DNA of 63,180 nucleotides, the filler included, from Dugesia japonica (lineage: Eukaryota): NCBI GenBank assembly GCA_001938525.1. It is 7 parts of 7 records of this genome, joined end to end, with 100 filler letters (N's around TTAATTAATTAA, not from the genome) between each part and the next. Parts side by side here need not be neighbours in the genome. Positions count along the whole stretch, not along the records: positions 45,452 to 54,104 come from MQRL01606134.1; positions 54,205 to 63,180 come from MQRL01616177.1; 5 more parts are not named here. One strand, given 5' to 3'. Position numbers and translations under genes: made by a program. The notes beneath the pieces are model-generated. The model was not told the DNA's origin. It did no database searches and was given only the letters and a program-made list of their open reading frames with translations. This document shows, in pieces, positions 47,471-61,265 of this stretch. Numbering within the stretch: position 1 is the first letter of the stretch; each line of letters begins with the position of its first letter.

Positions 47471-50400
47471 CATTTATTTCACTATTACAACACATGTTTA
47501 GTAAGATAATTACACTTGAAATAGACCTGATTACATATTAAAATAGAATTTGATCATTTTCTATTGGCTAAAATCTGTCTTGACTTTTTTTCTTGTTTCT
47601 ACCTTGATGAGTACAATATCGTCCAGTTTGAATTTTTTGTTAGTAATCACGTCCGAAGTGTTTTCTTTAGTTCTATCTGAGACTTTTGACTCATACCACT
47701 TTTCTCTGATAATTTTCTTTCCAAATATGATCTCAGCTGGGCTCTATCCAGTTGTCTTCTGTTATGTTGCGTTCATTGTAAAATCTATTTCCGGTAAAAG
47801 ATCTGCCAAATCTGTTGTCTTTCTTTCCCAAAGTGTTGCATTAATCAAATCTCGAATTGTCCTGAATTTTTGTCTGTTTACATTATGATGATAGAGACTT
47901 GAAAAGCAAAATTTAAAATCTAGCTTTAGGGCAAAATCTCGTATAACTCTGGATTCAAAAGCTTTCCTACAATCTAGTCTTATTTCTCTTGGACATCCAA
48001 ATCTCACTATCCACTTTTCAAAAATAGNNNNNNNNNNNNNNNNNNNNNNNNNNNNNNNNNNNNNNNNNNNNNNNNNNNNNNNNNNNNNNNNNTCGATTAT
48101 TCCAAGAATGTATTTTTTTCGTCCACTTGTTTCCCGCATTAGCCGACATATATTTGTGAATATGACTTCAAACTAATTTATAGCTTCTAAACTCTATGTC
48201 TTCTCTTTAGTTGCTGTTGTCACTACTTTGGTCTTCTGACAAATTTTACAACTACAAACTATCTCTGTGTTTTGCTACACAATTTTTTCGAAATGTATTT
48301 TTTTCTCATATATTAATACACTTTTCAACTACTGCATGACATAATAATTTATGTATTTCTTCGATTATTTCATGTATTTTGCCATTCAAAATTTCCATTT
48401 GCTTGATTAAATTTGTTTCTTCAGAAATGTTTAATTGCTCTTCTTTTTCCTTTTCAATTATTTTCAGTATTCTCGTTTTAATCTTCCCTTTCTTGACATC
48501 TTTACTGTGTCATTAGAGATTTCTTCAGACCCTCGAAAGTATCGTTTATTTTATCAGTCCATTCTAATTTCTTGTAGCTTATTCCGCTACACAACTGCTC
48601 TTAGATCATTGATTCTTGCGTAGTTTTCTAAGAGCCTTCTGTAATATTTACATATTTCTAAAAACTTCGTAACTTCTTCACACAGTTAGGTCTTTCAAAT
48701 GTTCTTATTGCTTCTAATTTAGACCTATCAGTTCTCACATTATCCCTGCTAATTATGTGTCCAAGAAATTTGATTTCGCTCTGAAGAAATTGACACTTTT
48801 CTGAATTAATTCTGAAACCAGTACTCGTTATTTCCGTCAATACTTTTCAATGACTTTATAGTGTTGATCTTTATTGTTCGTAATATCAGAATGTGTTCAT
48901 CAAGATAAATCGTGGCTTGATTGATTTCGCCTGCCACTTTTGTCATCATCTCCTAAAATGTCCCTGGTTCCGCTGCGATGCCAAATGGCATTCTATTAAA
49001 ACAATATTGTTTGTGCTTTGTTGAAAACGCCGTTTTTCTTTGAGATTCTTTTTCGAAATCTACCTGATAGTAAGCATTTACCAAATCTATTGAACTGAAA
49101 TATTTGGCTCCATTTAACTTGACCATAATTTCATCGACATTAGTAATCGGAAAGGCTTGTCGTTTTGTTACTTCAATCAATTGTCTAAAATCCAAACAGA
49201 TTCTTATGTCCTTCTTTTTCTTTTTTCAAAAACAAATCAGTGGGTTATTTCATGGAGAATTGCGTTTCCGGTTAATATTATTCTCGAAAAGGTTATGGAT
49301 AGCTTCTTCAATTTTAGATTTCCAATTTATTGGTTGACTATACGGTTTTACATTGATTGGTTCACCACTTGTGATTATTTTGTGTCTTGTCAAATGTGAG
49401 GGTCTTACATCCAATTTATCTGCCATAAAAGCATCTTCTTTACTTTCAATTATTTTCAATAACTGTTGATTCTCTTTAATCTTCAAAATATTTTAGTCTT
49501 TTGTCTATCGCTCTCCATTTTTAATTTGTCTCACTAATTTCGCTTTAATATTGCAAATGTAATTTTCAACTTTTTCATCTGTTTTTCTATCGATCTTTTG
49601 CATAAACTAGTATCCAAAGATCTTCTGCAAATATATTCTACCTATCAGATCTGGTGTTACACTTTCAGCAACTAAGAATGTAATCTCTTAACAAAATTTA
49701 TCAATTATCATTCCAATTCTAACTTTTCCTACAATTTCCAGTGCACTATTATTTGCACAGCGCAATTTTTTATCACTCATTTCTAAATTTACTTCTCGTA
49801 ATTTATTAAAACAACTCAAACTCATAACGTTAATTCTATCCCCGGTATATAATAAACATTCAATTTTTTTGCTTGAATTGATACCGTAACACTTGGTCTG
49901 CATTGCAATATGTGGTACGAAATATTTGTTTTCTTTTTTATTTCAATTGTTCCGAACTAATTTTATTTTTCTATCATACCAAAAATTTTCCCTCTTTAAG
50001 AACCTGTATACTTTTTCCATAACTTAAATGATATCATCCCAATTTTTGAATCTCTGAGGATAATTACTCACTTCATTTAAGAATGGGTGGATAGAACCAG
50101 CTTCTCTACTGGTAGAGCTCTATCTTTTGGGTACTTTCTTTCAGAATCACTTTCATACACTTCCTCATATCCATCGTTTATACTAACATCTTCATCTGCA
50201 ATCGCATGTACTCCATTATATCGGTTTCTTGATCTTTCTGCAGTCATAAATTTCTCACTTGTTCTTTTCATTTTCAAATTTGTGTAGCACTCTTCTACTC
50301 TACTTTAACTATTATCACATCGTTTACAACTCACTTCTTGACATAACCTTCTAATATGGCTTACCTTTTCACAACCAAAATATTTTCTTAGTTTTTTATT

Positions 50401-51123
50401 TGAACAATCTCAATTTATGCGTCCTGTTTTATGAAAACTCCAGCACAATATCACTGTTTTTGTCAGACAATTTGCTTTTGTATGACCGATCATTTGACAT
50501 AACCAACATTCGATACTTTGTTTTTCCTTTCTTTGATCCAAATATCTATTCACTATATGAATTACAGGTTTCTGGTTATTTTGACTTGTAACTCTTGCGT
50601 AGCTTCTAGTTCTTCTATATTCTCTCGTTTTAGCAAAGTTACTTCTTCTTCAACTTTTTTGTTATCTGAACAATATACAACAATATAAACAATATACAAG
50701 TAGCATCTTTGCAACCATATTTTACTTAGAAAAACCTTTATTTGTAAAAAATCATTTTACTAAATCGTGTACATTTTTAAAATAAACTCGAGTCTCTTCA
50801 TTTCCACACTTCTAGTTAATAAAATTTGGAAAGTCCTTGATAACATCTTTCTCTTTCTCAAATGCCAAACCTAATCAAATCTTAAAACCTTCTACCTTTT
50901 TCAACGTCTTTATATATTCTTCCAACAAATCTTCATTTAACAAACAAGATACTAATCTCTCCTGTTTTTTCACCTGGGTGATATTTTTAGCTTCAAAATA
51001 AATTCACACCGCTTGATGAATTTTGGAATAAAAAAGTTTATTTCATTTATTTCACTATTACAACACATGCTTACTTGAAATAGAACTGATTACATATTAA
51101 AATGGAATTTGATCACTTCTATT
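47471..51123 (-). mobile_element. Second Ty3/Gypsy element, decayed with internal deletions
   Basis: Gag with CCHC remnants (about 50280-51000), PR LLYTGDRINVM, RT MDFRQL...MPFGIAAEP, and IN GCPREIRLD. Flanked by ~80-95-bp direct repeats (47471-47565 and 51044-51123), probably LTR remnants. PBS-like AGCGGTG near 51005. Confidence 0.9.
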
Positions 51124-54100
51124 AGATAAAGCTATTAAATAATAATTATTTTCTTATAGTAATAATGATAGTTTCATTAAACGCTAACTAAAGTTTTATT
51201 TATAAAGCTACTTTATCATCAAAATATTTTTAAAATTTTTATGTTCAACGATTAATTTTGGTTGGAATTGTAAAGATAAAGTAAAGAGAAAATTTTTTTA
51301 TATCTCAATTATTTGTTACTAAAATAAAAAATAAAATATATTTTTAAGAAATTAACGTATGAAAATTATATTAATTTACCTATATTTATAAATTTCTCTA
51401 ATAAATTTCCAATATGATAAGCAATGGCGTCATGTTTTGATTGTGCATTTAATTTGATAAAAACAAAATTATTTCCAATTTTGAATATTTACTGAAAACT
51501 TGAATATAACGCACGCGTACTATATTTGGTGGAAATAGTAGTTCTTTTAAGTAAGACCCACTTTAAATTTGTATAAATTACTAAACATGCAAAGATGGTA
51601 GCATTACTATTTCCAGTGGTCAATATTTTGTTATTATTAATAATAGTATAGTAGTTTATATGACATTATGAAATTCATACTAATAACAATATTATTTCCA
51701 AAGATTTATTACATATTGCTTATTTATGCTCACAAAACAATCTATTTTTACATTACAATTAACGTGAAATAAATAAATTTAAATAATTTATAAAATTATG
51801 TTTAATATGTATTTTAATAAATAATCTTTGTACATATTCTTTTTTTTTATACGTAAATGATGCTCGAAGTATTTTGTTTTATCTAAGGTAATAAAGTTAT
51901 TGATATGTATGACATGAATCTTGATTAAAATTAACAATCTTGCAGTCTCTGAAAATGTGGTCCGAAAATATTAATCGAGTCCAAAAATCTCAAATATATC
52001 AAAACCTATAACTCAAAGGTAACCAGTTAAAATTTTAAAAATGACATTGTGAAACAATTGAGAGAAATGAGCCAATTTGAGTTTGTAGCCAACACACTAC
52101 ATTTTCTAAATACATGAGTTCTGTTTCACTCACAAAATATTCTCAAAGAACAAAACATTTTCTTAATCCTAGATTCAATTTCAAGATTGATTCCCGACAA
52201 AGATGCTCATAATTTGAAAAAAAAGTTTTCAATTAAATTCTTCCTTCAATTACTTTTAGAACTACTACTCCACTTCGAACTCACCTTTTAACTCTTTCAC
52301 ACCGACTTTCCGCTGATGACACTAAACTAAATTTACACATTGGAACTTATTATTATTGATCTAAATATGAAATATTCTCATTTATTTTAATCGTGGCGCT
52401 TCTGAATATCCTAGAAATGAAACACTGAAAATAAACTCTAAAACCGCAAATAGCTGTAAAAATATCCCAGTAAAAAAAGTTTTCTGGGAAGTATTATCCA
52501 AATAAAGTCGAAAGTGTTAATGGGGAGTTAATACATAGTGTTTCCTTATAACACTAGTAAAGCTACTGACATTGAAGTCACAACACTAAATCAAAATTGA
52601 CGGAGAAATCTTATTGAAAATATCTTACTGGTTTTTCATATAAAAAACGCCTGTACAGTTGTTGATAAAACTAATAAAAATAACCTTTGACTTCTTGATT
52701 CAACTATTTTCCTCAAATTTGAATCAAATTGAAATTTAGATGAATTGCTTAATAAGTCTAAGAGAAATATTCTAAATTCTCAACATATTTTAGAAATTCT
52801 CGTCAAGTGATTAAGTCATTTTCAAATGTAAAAATTCCATGAACCATAAAGTAGCTGTATTGATAAATCTAAAAATCTATCATAGCTCTTTCACAATCAT
52901 GTTTGAACTGTTCGGGAGGTGTGATAGTTGGTATAGACGAAAAGTGCGGAAAGAGAAAGAGTAATAAGAATGTAATATTTCAAGAGTTACGGATTGGTCA
53001 TGTCCCAGAGAAGAATAGTTCTTACACTTTTGATCATAGCTAGAAAACTAGAAGCGATTCTAACTGCTTAATCAAAAATGTCATCATCTTAGTTATTGAT
53101 AAAATTAGAAATTATATTGGCTTAGCCTTATATTAAAAAATCATTTTCTTTGTAAAGAAGCTGTTTCCAAATTATCATTTTGTATTTTTAAATTAATTAC
53201 TTATATCTTACAAAACAATTTTAACAGTAAATTTCTACCAATCAGTTAATATAACCTCTTTAAAAAGGTACAGCCTCCTTGAATTGTGGTATAGAAAAAA
53301 TATCAAAAGAATTCTATTTGAAATAAAGAAATTATTGAACATCAAAACACTTAGACCTTTCTTGTCTAGACTTTTCTGGTATTTTTGTTTCTATTCTTTT
53401 TTAAATATTATTCAAATTGTAAAAGATAAGAGAATATTTTATCTAACGTTTTTGTTAAAATTATATACAGTACTTTCTACTAACTTAATTCAAAGGGTTT
53501 TGACATTGAAATGTTCTTTCAATATCTGTCTTAACCTTAAAAAATGACCATGTTTGCAGCCACAATCAACAGCTATGAAATATTTATTCAGATACTAAAA
53601 CTTATCTTCAAGTTTTTAAGAATAGAAATTTATAATTATTGAAAAAATGAATCGGAAAATTTTATTTTACTAAAGTCATTTAACCTTTTAGTTTAGGCTA
53701 ATCCATCGAAGAAAATCAGTATAAATAACCTTTATACATTTGATTATTTGTCAATTTTGTATTCATTATAAATTAATATTTATGTGCATTTTTCAGCATA
53801 ATTATTTATAAATTTTATTCTTAATTATGTACTTTTTCATTCAAAGTAAAATAAATTAAGTAGTTTATTTAATATTTGATTAAATATTACAACTTCGTTG
53901 TAAGAATTAAAATACAAAAAATTACAAACTTTTTAACATGGTAATTCGATTAAATTTGTTTTAAACAACAAAAAAACATGGAAATTAAAATTTTAAATAA
54001 TTAAACATAAAAGAATAAAATCGATTTTATAATGTAAACAATTTATTCATCCTTATAAATGTAGTATAATTTAGTTTGTGATGGTTTTGACACCAACAAT

Positions 54101-54204
54101 CTTTNNNNNNNNNNNNNNNNNNNNNNNNNNNNNNNNNNNNNNNNNNNNTTAATTAATTAANNNNNNNNNNNNNNNNNNNNNNNNNNNNNNNNNNNNNNNN
54201 NNNN

Positions 54205-56640
54205 GTCAAAAACCATATTAAACTCTGAACATAAAGACAGAATTAATAATCTAATTAATATTACTAAAAATCTTACTTTTGATGAAACACTAGATATTAT
54301 CTATCAACAATTTTCTTGTGCTATTTAATTAAAAAATGCTAAAAACCGTATCTTGGTAATAAATCTTAAATTAAAACCCTTGATAAAAAGCAACTAAGAA
54401 CTGTATTTAACATAAATATGAAGCGTACAGTTGGTTATATTCTTAATGGAAATACTATCTCTGATACACCTAAATATGACGACATTATTAATAATTTTAC
54501 TCACTTTGATCCTACTTCAATAACTGGGAAAATATTAGACCATTTTGCCAAACTTCGAACACTCCATTAAATCTTGAATTATTTTCTTCTGACGAAATCT
54601 TACATGAATTTAGACGTGCCAAAAATACTACACCAGGTATTGATGGTATTTACTATAGGGATAATTCCAAATTAGATTATAAAGGTAAACTTCTTACTCA
54701 TTTTTTCAACAAAATTATCTTGATTGATCAAATTTCATCACAGTGGAAATCGTTTAAAACTGTTCTTATTCGAAAACCTAATAAAGAAGGTAATTATGAT
54801 AAAATCTCATGTTGGATACCGATTGCTTTACTTTCTGTTATGTACAAATTATTCGCTTCAGTCTTGACACGTAGATTGAACACTCAAGAAGTAAAATAAA
54901 TTATGCTGTAACTATTGCATGGTTAGACATAAAAAATCCTTTTGGTAGTATACCACATCAATATTTGCGGTTTATTCTTCGTTTTATTGGAGTGAGTCAT
55001 GATTTTGTTAATATTCTTAAAAACTGCTACTCTGATACAAATGGTTACTATAGTTGTGGTCCTATTCTTACAAGCAACATTACAATTAAAAACGGTGTTA
55101 AACAAGTTTGTCTACTATCTATGATTCTTTTTTTCTATTGCTATAAATCCTGTTCTTGAAGCTACTAAAACATGTCAAATATCACTTTTCATGATAAATG
55201 CTTCTTCTATTCAGGGATTTGCGTATGCTGATGACATAGCTCTAATAGCTAAAAATACTGATGATCTTCAAACTCTTGTAAATAAAGTTATTNNNNNNNN
55301 NNNNNNNNNNNNNNNNNNNNNNNNNNNNNNNNNNNNNNNNNNNNNNNNNNNNNNNNNNNNNNNNNNNNNNNNNNNNNNNNNNNNNNNNNNATGATATAAA
55401 AATTAAAAAACTACTTAGTAATGAATTTTATCAATATCTTGTTGTTCCAGTTGGAGATCGTAATAATCAAACAGCGTATGATGCTATTCAAAAATTGATA
55501 ACTGATGCCGAAAAACTGGCAACTTGTAAACTGTTTGGTTGGCAAAAACTGAAAGCTTACAAGCTGTTTTTGCATTCTCGTCTTACTTTTCCTTTTAGAA
55601 CTCGTGAAATCAAAACTAGTGATTTATCTATTCGTTTCGGTAACAGCAAATTTAAGTATAATTCTACTAGTAAACTTCGAATACAACTTCGAAAAATGAT
55701 GAATCTACCTGATCATTCTGAAATTGCTTATTTTTACACATCAACAGAAATGTGGGGAGGGGTGTATTGATCTTCTTGATGATTACCACTGTTAAAGTAT
55801 TGAACAATTCTTTAGATTATTTACTACTGATTTTGACTATACTAAAACAATTAATCATGAGTCTCTTATAATTCCTGCTTCATCAAGATTAGAGATAAAG
55901 GTACCGACTTTATCCCAAAGTTTTGACTGGATTAATGGTAAAGATAGTATCAAAGGTTGCAAATGGAAAAAACAAGTTTTATGTGTCTGAGAACGGCAAT
56001 TGAATACATTTAAAGAGCTCATGACATAACCATTACATTTACAGTTGAAATGAAAGGTACACTATTGCGTATTAATATGCCCAATCGGACGGTTACTGAA
56101 ACAGTGACTGCAGAAAACATGTTACCTTTCTACTACATAAAATCATATTTGACTCATACTGAATAATATGGCATAAAAGTAATAATAGCAACATTTTAGT
56201 TGATGCGGTGCGTCTTAGTCCAGATGTCAACAAAACTAAGCTAAACTATATGTTCTAGTCAAAATTGAATGAAATTTCATACAAAAAGCACGCACAAAAA
56301 CACTTTCAATAAATGCTCGACCTAATATCATTCTTTTTGATGAAAGACTATGTTGACGATGTCTCATTCTCACAATGAAACAATGTCACATGTTCTACAA
56401 AGATGTGANNNNNNNNNNNNNNNNNNNNNNNNNNNNNNNNNNNNNNNNNNNNNNNNNNCACAATGAAACAATGTCACATGTTCTACAAAGATGTGATATT
56501 AACAAATCATTAGGAACAAAGCGTAATAATTCGTGCCTTGAAATAATTGTTCAATATTTAAAATCCCCTGATTTAATAATCGTAATTGATTGTACTTCTT
56601 CTAGAGATGCCTTACCAGAAAGGTTGGATTCTAGTTGAAT
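54205..56640 (+). mobile_element. Second NeSL-like RLE non-LTR retrotransposon, decayed (RT to CCHC)
   Basis: TPGIDGITY, KPNKEGNYDKISCWIPIALL, GVKQVCLLS, FAYADDIALIA, WQKLKAYKLFLHSRLTF and ETMSHVLQRC parallel the element at 37354-39908. Confidence 0.9.
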
Positions 56641-57280
56641 CAAAAGTTATCAAAATTTAGCCAAAACTAATCAGTATTTATACTGATTTTACATATGTGG
56701 GCTATACACACATCAATGATTACATTAAAATAAACTATTAAAACTAACTGAATAAAAACATAAAATTTTTGTAAAATTATTATTTACAAATTATTCACAA
56801 CAAAACTTTAAAATAAAAATAATAAAGTTCAAAATTAGTCATAGATAAAATAAATAAAAACAAATGTTCCGAATAAAATTAATGAATAAGTCATAATTCA
56901 AATTAAATGTTTTTTGAATAAAAATTGATTACAAATAAAATAAATCATTGTTTTAAACATCAATATAAAGTTCGTTGTTCTGATTCTTAATTGAATTGCA
57001 TCGACTGTTGAAATTGACTTCTTCAGGTGTTGATTCGAACTTGTTGTAGATATTGATTTGAAGTTGTTGTTATGTTATGTTTTTGCCTGCATGCTATGTT
57101 ATGTATGTATTTTGCTATGTATTGTATGTATTCAGACCTCAACAATTATATTAACCAAGGAAAATAACGGATAATTGGAAAAAGTAAATTTTTGTTTTCT
57201 TTGTACAATATTACTCTATTGACATTTCATACAATATATTGTAAGATCTGAGTACGCCCAGGAAACTGATGATCGAGCTC

Positions 57281-57423
57281 CCAATTGCTATTAAATTATT
57301 ACAAGGTTGTGAGAAAAAAATGGAAAATCAAATATCGAGAAAATGAGATCCAATTGCTAATTAATTATTACAAAGTTGTGAGAATGAAAATGGAAAGTCA
57401 AATATTGAGAAAATGAGATCCAA
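57281..57423. repeat. ~70-bp tandem duplication
   Basis: CCAATTGCTA...GAGAAAATGAGAT occurs twice in tandem. Confidence 0.8.
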
Positions 57424-57784
57424 GAGCTACAAAATGAAAAAATATAGTTTTATATTTCTAAAAGTTGTTTTTATCAATAAAATAATTAATATTTGGAAAC
57501 ATAATGAGCTATTTAACTTTAAATAAGCAGTGAATAAGAAATTTTATTTTTTTAATGTTTCAAACAGTAATAGTGAAAATTCTTAACAGAGCTTCAAAGT
57601 AGTGGGAACCAGAAAAGATGGATGCTATAGTGGACATCTTCTCTGATTCGTACTACAGAAGCGGGGACAAAGACATATTAGGCCGCAGGTGAAGAAATCG
57701 AATTAATAATTCTTAAGATTTTAATTTTCTTTTAATGTTCTCGAATTTTAATTCATACCAATTATTTAAATTTGAATAACGTAG

Positions 57785-58216
57785 ATGCATAAACAGAAAA
57801 GAATGCTGAAGAGACCACGTTATGTCTGGCTCTATTTTGACGAATCTGGCAGATATTATATCGAGTGGTCTTAGGGGCGAGAAATGATAAGAAAAGAGAC
57901 CAAAGTTACTCGTGATACGATAAGTAATTTGGAAGCTGATAATGAAATGTCTCGTCTCCAACTGGCCATGAAAAATATACGGATCCGGTCTCTTGAGTGC
58001 CAAATTGAGAGAGCTGGGGAGTCGTTTTTAGCCCAGATAAAATCGCTGAAAGAGGAGCTCTCTAGTAAACCGATCCGGAAATCCAACATACGATCTCTCA
58101 TTAATACAAATGAGGCCATCGAGGAAGCCGAAGAACGCTAGATCATGTGAGAAGTGATGGGCCTGGATGGAGAGAGGCCGGTTGAGGGAGATCGTAACCA
58201 ACAATATTGTGAATAA
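57785..58216 (+). pseudogene. Orphan coiled-coil ORF, with in-frame stops (extends track ORF 57884-58141)
   Basis: GTAG|ATG at 57785, then MHKQKRMLKRPRYVWLYFDESGRYYIEWS*GREMIRKE... in one frame to TAA at 58216. AATAAA at 58215. Confidence 0.45.
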
Positions 58217-58509
58217 TAAATATTTGTATTGATTGAGATTTTAGTCCTTTGAGTTGAGAATGTACGAAGTGATACGTATGTCACAATTTTGAGCTATTTG
58301 TTTCGGGGTGGATTGTAGAGGCAGTCCCGGGATTCAGACTATTTTATTTAAATAAATAAAAATTTGTAAAATACTCATTATGACAATTACGTTGAGTGAC
58401 CGTTATTTTTGCTGGTGCAAAATACAATAATTAGAATACTTTTAAATCGAATTTATTTATATAACCTTGAATTCTGATGTAATGATTATAATTGACCTTA
58501 ACATTTCAG

Positions 58510-58835
58510 TGAATAAGAGCAATGAGGAAACCATACCAAGAAGGGAGGTGGTCACGATGCATAATCGATGGAAGGAGGAGCACAGAGAACTCCGAAACGA
58601 GGTATTAAGATTGAAGGGACAGACGATGAAACAGACTGCTAAATATGATCAGCTCAAAGAGAAGGAACTGTCACTTGAACTTGCCAATAGACTCATGGTG
58701 GACGTGATAAAAAAAGTACGCGGATCGTGAAAATTAAATGTTTGCTACTATTCGGACGATGTGGCTGAACTACCGAACCGTGCTAGCAGAGGCTGAGGAG
58801 AATGGCGTACCAGCGGGTTTGGACTCCTAGTTTAA
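58510..58835 (+). pseudogene. Orphan coiled-coil ORF (track ORF 58467-58730 plus read-through)
   Basis: TTTCAG acceptor at 58504-58509, heptad-like EHRELRNEVLRLK...LKEKELSLELANRL, and AATAAA at 58842. Confidence 0.4.
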
Positions 58836-59219
58836 TGTATAAATAAATGTTAGCCACAATTAGTTGAATTATTTTCATATTTTTATGGTCGGAATTTTCT
58901 AAGCATTTTGTGAATTATTATCAGAGTTTAATGTCTACATAATGTAACTGAAGCGAATCGTACCATAAATTACTGAGCATGCGAGAGTTATTGCTGTCAG
59001 TGTTCAGAATTCTAATGTGTCAGACGCGATACGGCAAAGTCACGCTGAACCCGTAGAAAAGAGGGACATATCATAGAGGTGATACAAATACTTGTGGTTT
59101 TTAGGTATACCCTAGATATGTTGATGAAGTTATTAATTATTAAAAGTGATATCAGAGAATGTGTAGATAACATTTAAAACATTAAAACCTAAAAAACCAA
59201 CAAATCCATTGAATCTGCT

Positions 59220-59670
59220 ATCTATTTAAAGGCTTTTGATTTGAAAATCTTACTGCAATCTACATGTATCTCCTTTGGAGCACTACATCTCAGGATTCAT
59301 TTTTCCATAATTGTTTTCTTTATTTATTCTTCATCTTGTTTAACTAATGATGTTAAACAAATGTATCTACAAAATTTATTTATTAAGGCACATATATATC
59401 TTTTCCTTCATGAGGTTTCTTGGAAAGATCCACAAATATTTACATAAATAATCTCAAAAAATTCATTAGCCGTTAACTTCATAGTTTCTTCTTTTATGGC
59501 GACTGTAGTTACTTTGTTCATTTGACACTCAGTATATCCATTAATTACTCTTTCTATTGTTTCTCTAAATTCTTCCATATCATATTCATTTGTTAAATAA
59601 TTTATAACTTTTTCTGTACCCGCGTGAACCAATAAACTGTGCATTTTGTTTACCATTTTTTACCATTTCT
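59220..59670 (-). mobile_element. Gypsy integrase fragment
   Basis: MHSLLVHAG...ECQMNK...FEIIYVNICG (HHCC region and start of the core). Confidence 0.82.
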
Positions 59671-60246
59671 GAAAGAATCCATATGTATGTACCCTATCTT
59701 TTGTGCAGTGACTAGCAGATGCCAATCCAGCTGGTGAGTGATGTTAGATTTTTATGTACACCTGCTATCAATTCGCAATTAAATGAGTAGTCAAATTAGT
59801 AATAATCGATTTTTTTATTGCACCTAAAACCAAAAAACTATATGTAATTAAGAAAGTCCAAAAATTTAGTTCATAAAATCAAAACTAATAGCATCTTCAA
59901 ATTAGAAGGTATTATAACTACTGTTTTTTTAAAAATACTGAATATAAAAATTTTTTAAATAAAACAACTTGTTGATTTTCATATAATTGTTGGGGTCCCA
60001 CCTGAGTCGAGTGACAAAAAAGGTGGCTGTGGAAAAAACAGCCCTCAGGGGAACCCTTTCAGGAATTAAACAAACCGTCCCTGTGATAGGTTTTCAGTTC
60101 ATGGTGGTTGACCTTACTCTTAATGGGAGGTACACGCCCACAAACCTTTACATTCGGGTTCAATATTTTCCCTAATTTTATAAAAATTTAAACTAATAAT
60201 TTTTTGAACATTTATTATTTAAAACATTTATAAGTCGTTTAAAACA

Positions 60247-60624
60247 CTAGGATCTACATTGCTCTACATCGTTTATAGTAAAATTAAACGCTGCATAATC
60301 ATCCTCATCGTTCCACTGTATCCAAGTTGGGTTACCGATCTGACAAGAAAGATCAGCTATATACTGTTTTAAAAAGTCGATCTTCCTTAGCAGAAGCTGT
60401 TTGTTTTCGTCCTCTAGCGCCTTAGTTTGAGCCGCCAAATCGTTTTGTTTTTTAACGATTAAGTCTAACTTTTTAATAAGTTTGTCACGCTGGCCAAGAT
60501 GTTTTAGGAGAGCCCTATCTTCCTTGCGCTTTAAGTGGCGTTCCAACAACAAACGGCGCATGATCCGGTGGCACCTTCGCAAACTTGTGGGGAAAACAAT
60601 GCTTGGCACTAAATAATTAACCAT
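60247..60624 (-). CDS. Orphan 125-aa coiled-coil protein
   Basis: Intact ORF; CTTTTCTTCAG acceptor 5 nt before the ATG; AATAAA ~30 nt after the stop. Confidence 0.55.
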   Translation of the reverse strand: MVNYLVPSIVFPTSLRRCHRIMRRLLLERHLKRKEDRALLKHLGQRDKLIKKLDLIVKKQNDLAAQTKALEDENKQLLLRKIDFLKQYIADLSCQIGNPTWIQWNDEDDYAAFNFTINDVEQCRS

Positions 60625-60744
60625 TAATACTGAAGAAAAGATAATGAATATTATGGATATTAAATTATTCTAAGGGTCATTGAAGTAATACATATCATGA
60701 CAGAGACCAATCATTATACAAGTTTTATTTATAAAATAGAAAGT

Positions 60745-61112
60745 TTAGGTACATCGGTTGGAGTTGGTCTTCGTACCCTTGTCGATCAAAAGGGGTTCGA
60801 GGTACGATTTTTCCTTGAGGTGTAAAATATCTTTGACCAGTTTATTTTCACGGTCGTGGCTGGACCGGATGATCTCGGCGAATGATTCTACTTAAGATTT
60901 CCACACTCTCTCTTGTTCGTGTGTAGCGTCCATCTCTTTGCATATGGTGATACATTTATTCTTATAACGCTTCACTTTTGCAATGGCAATGGCTATTTCG
61001 GCTACGAATCTGCGTTTCGCCAGTCGGTATAATTCCCAGGACATTTCGGTGTCCTCGCTGAATTCCCTCATTTGTTTATTAGTGGCCGATGAACGGTTTA
61101 ACGATGAATGCA
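60745..61112 (-). pseudogene. Orphan helical/coiled-coil ORF with one in-frame stop at 60892
   Basis: TTTTGGTTCAG acceptor at 61114-61113. The frame continues 49 codons past the stop to TAA at 60745; AATAAA at 60729-60724. Confidence 0.45.
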
Positions 61113-61265
61113 CTGAACCAAAATCACAATAAAAGTTAAGAACTCTAAATACGACTGCTTATAGTTCAAAAACCAAATAAAGTTGTATGGAATTTTTAAC
61201 TATTCAAACAATAAAAAGACAGGAAAACGGATTCCTATCTAAAACTTTATTCCTAACCAACGGGT

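Noticed and set aside
56372-56496. Duplicated CACAATGAAACAATGTCACATG... either side of an N run
   Set aside because: Most likely a contig-overlap artefact, not a real duplicated zinc knuckle.
57266-57290. CTGATGA as a hammerhead core
   Set aside because: No stem II followed by GAAA at a suitable distance.
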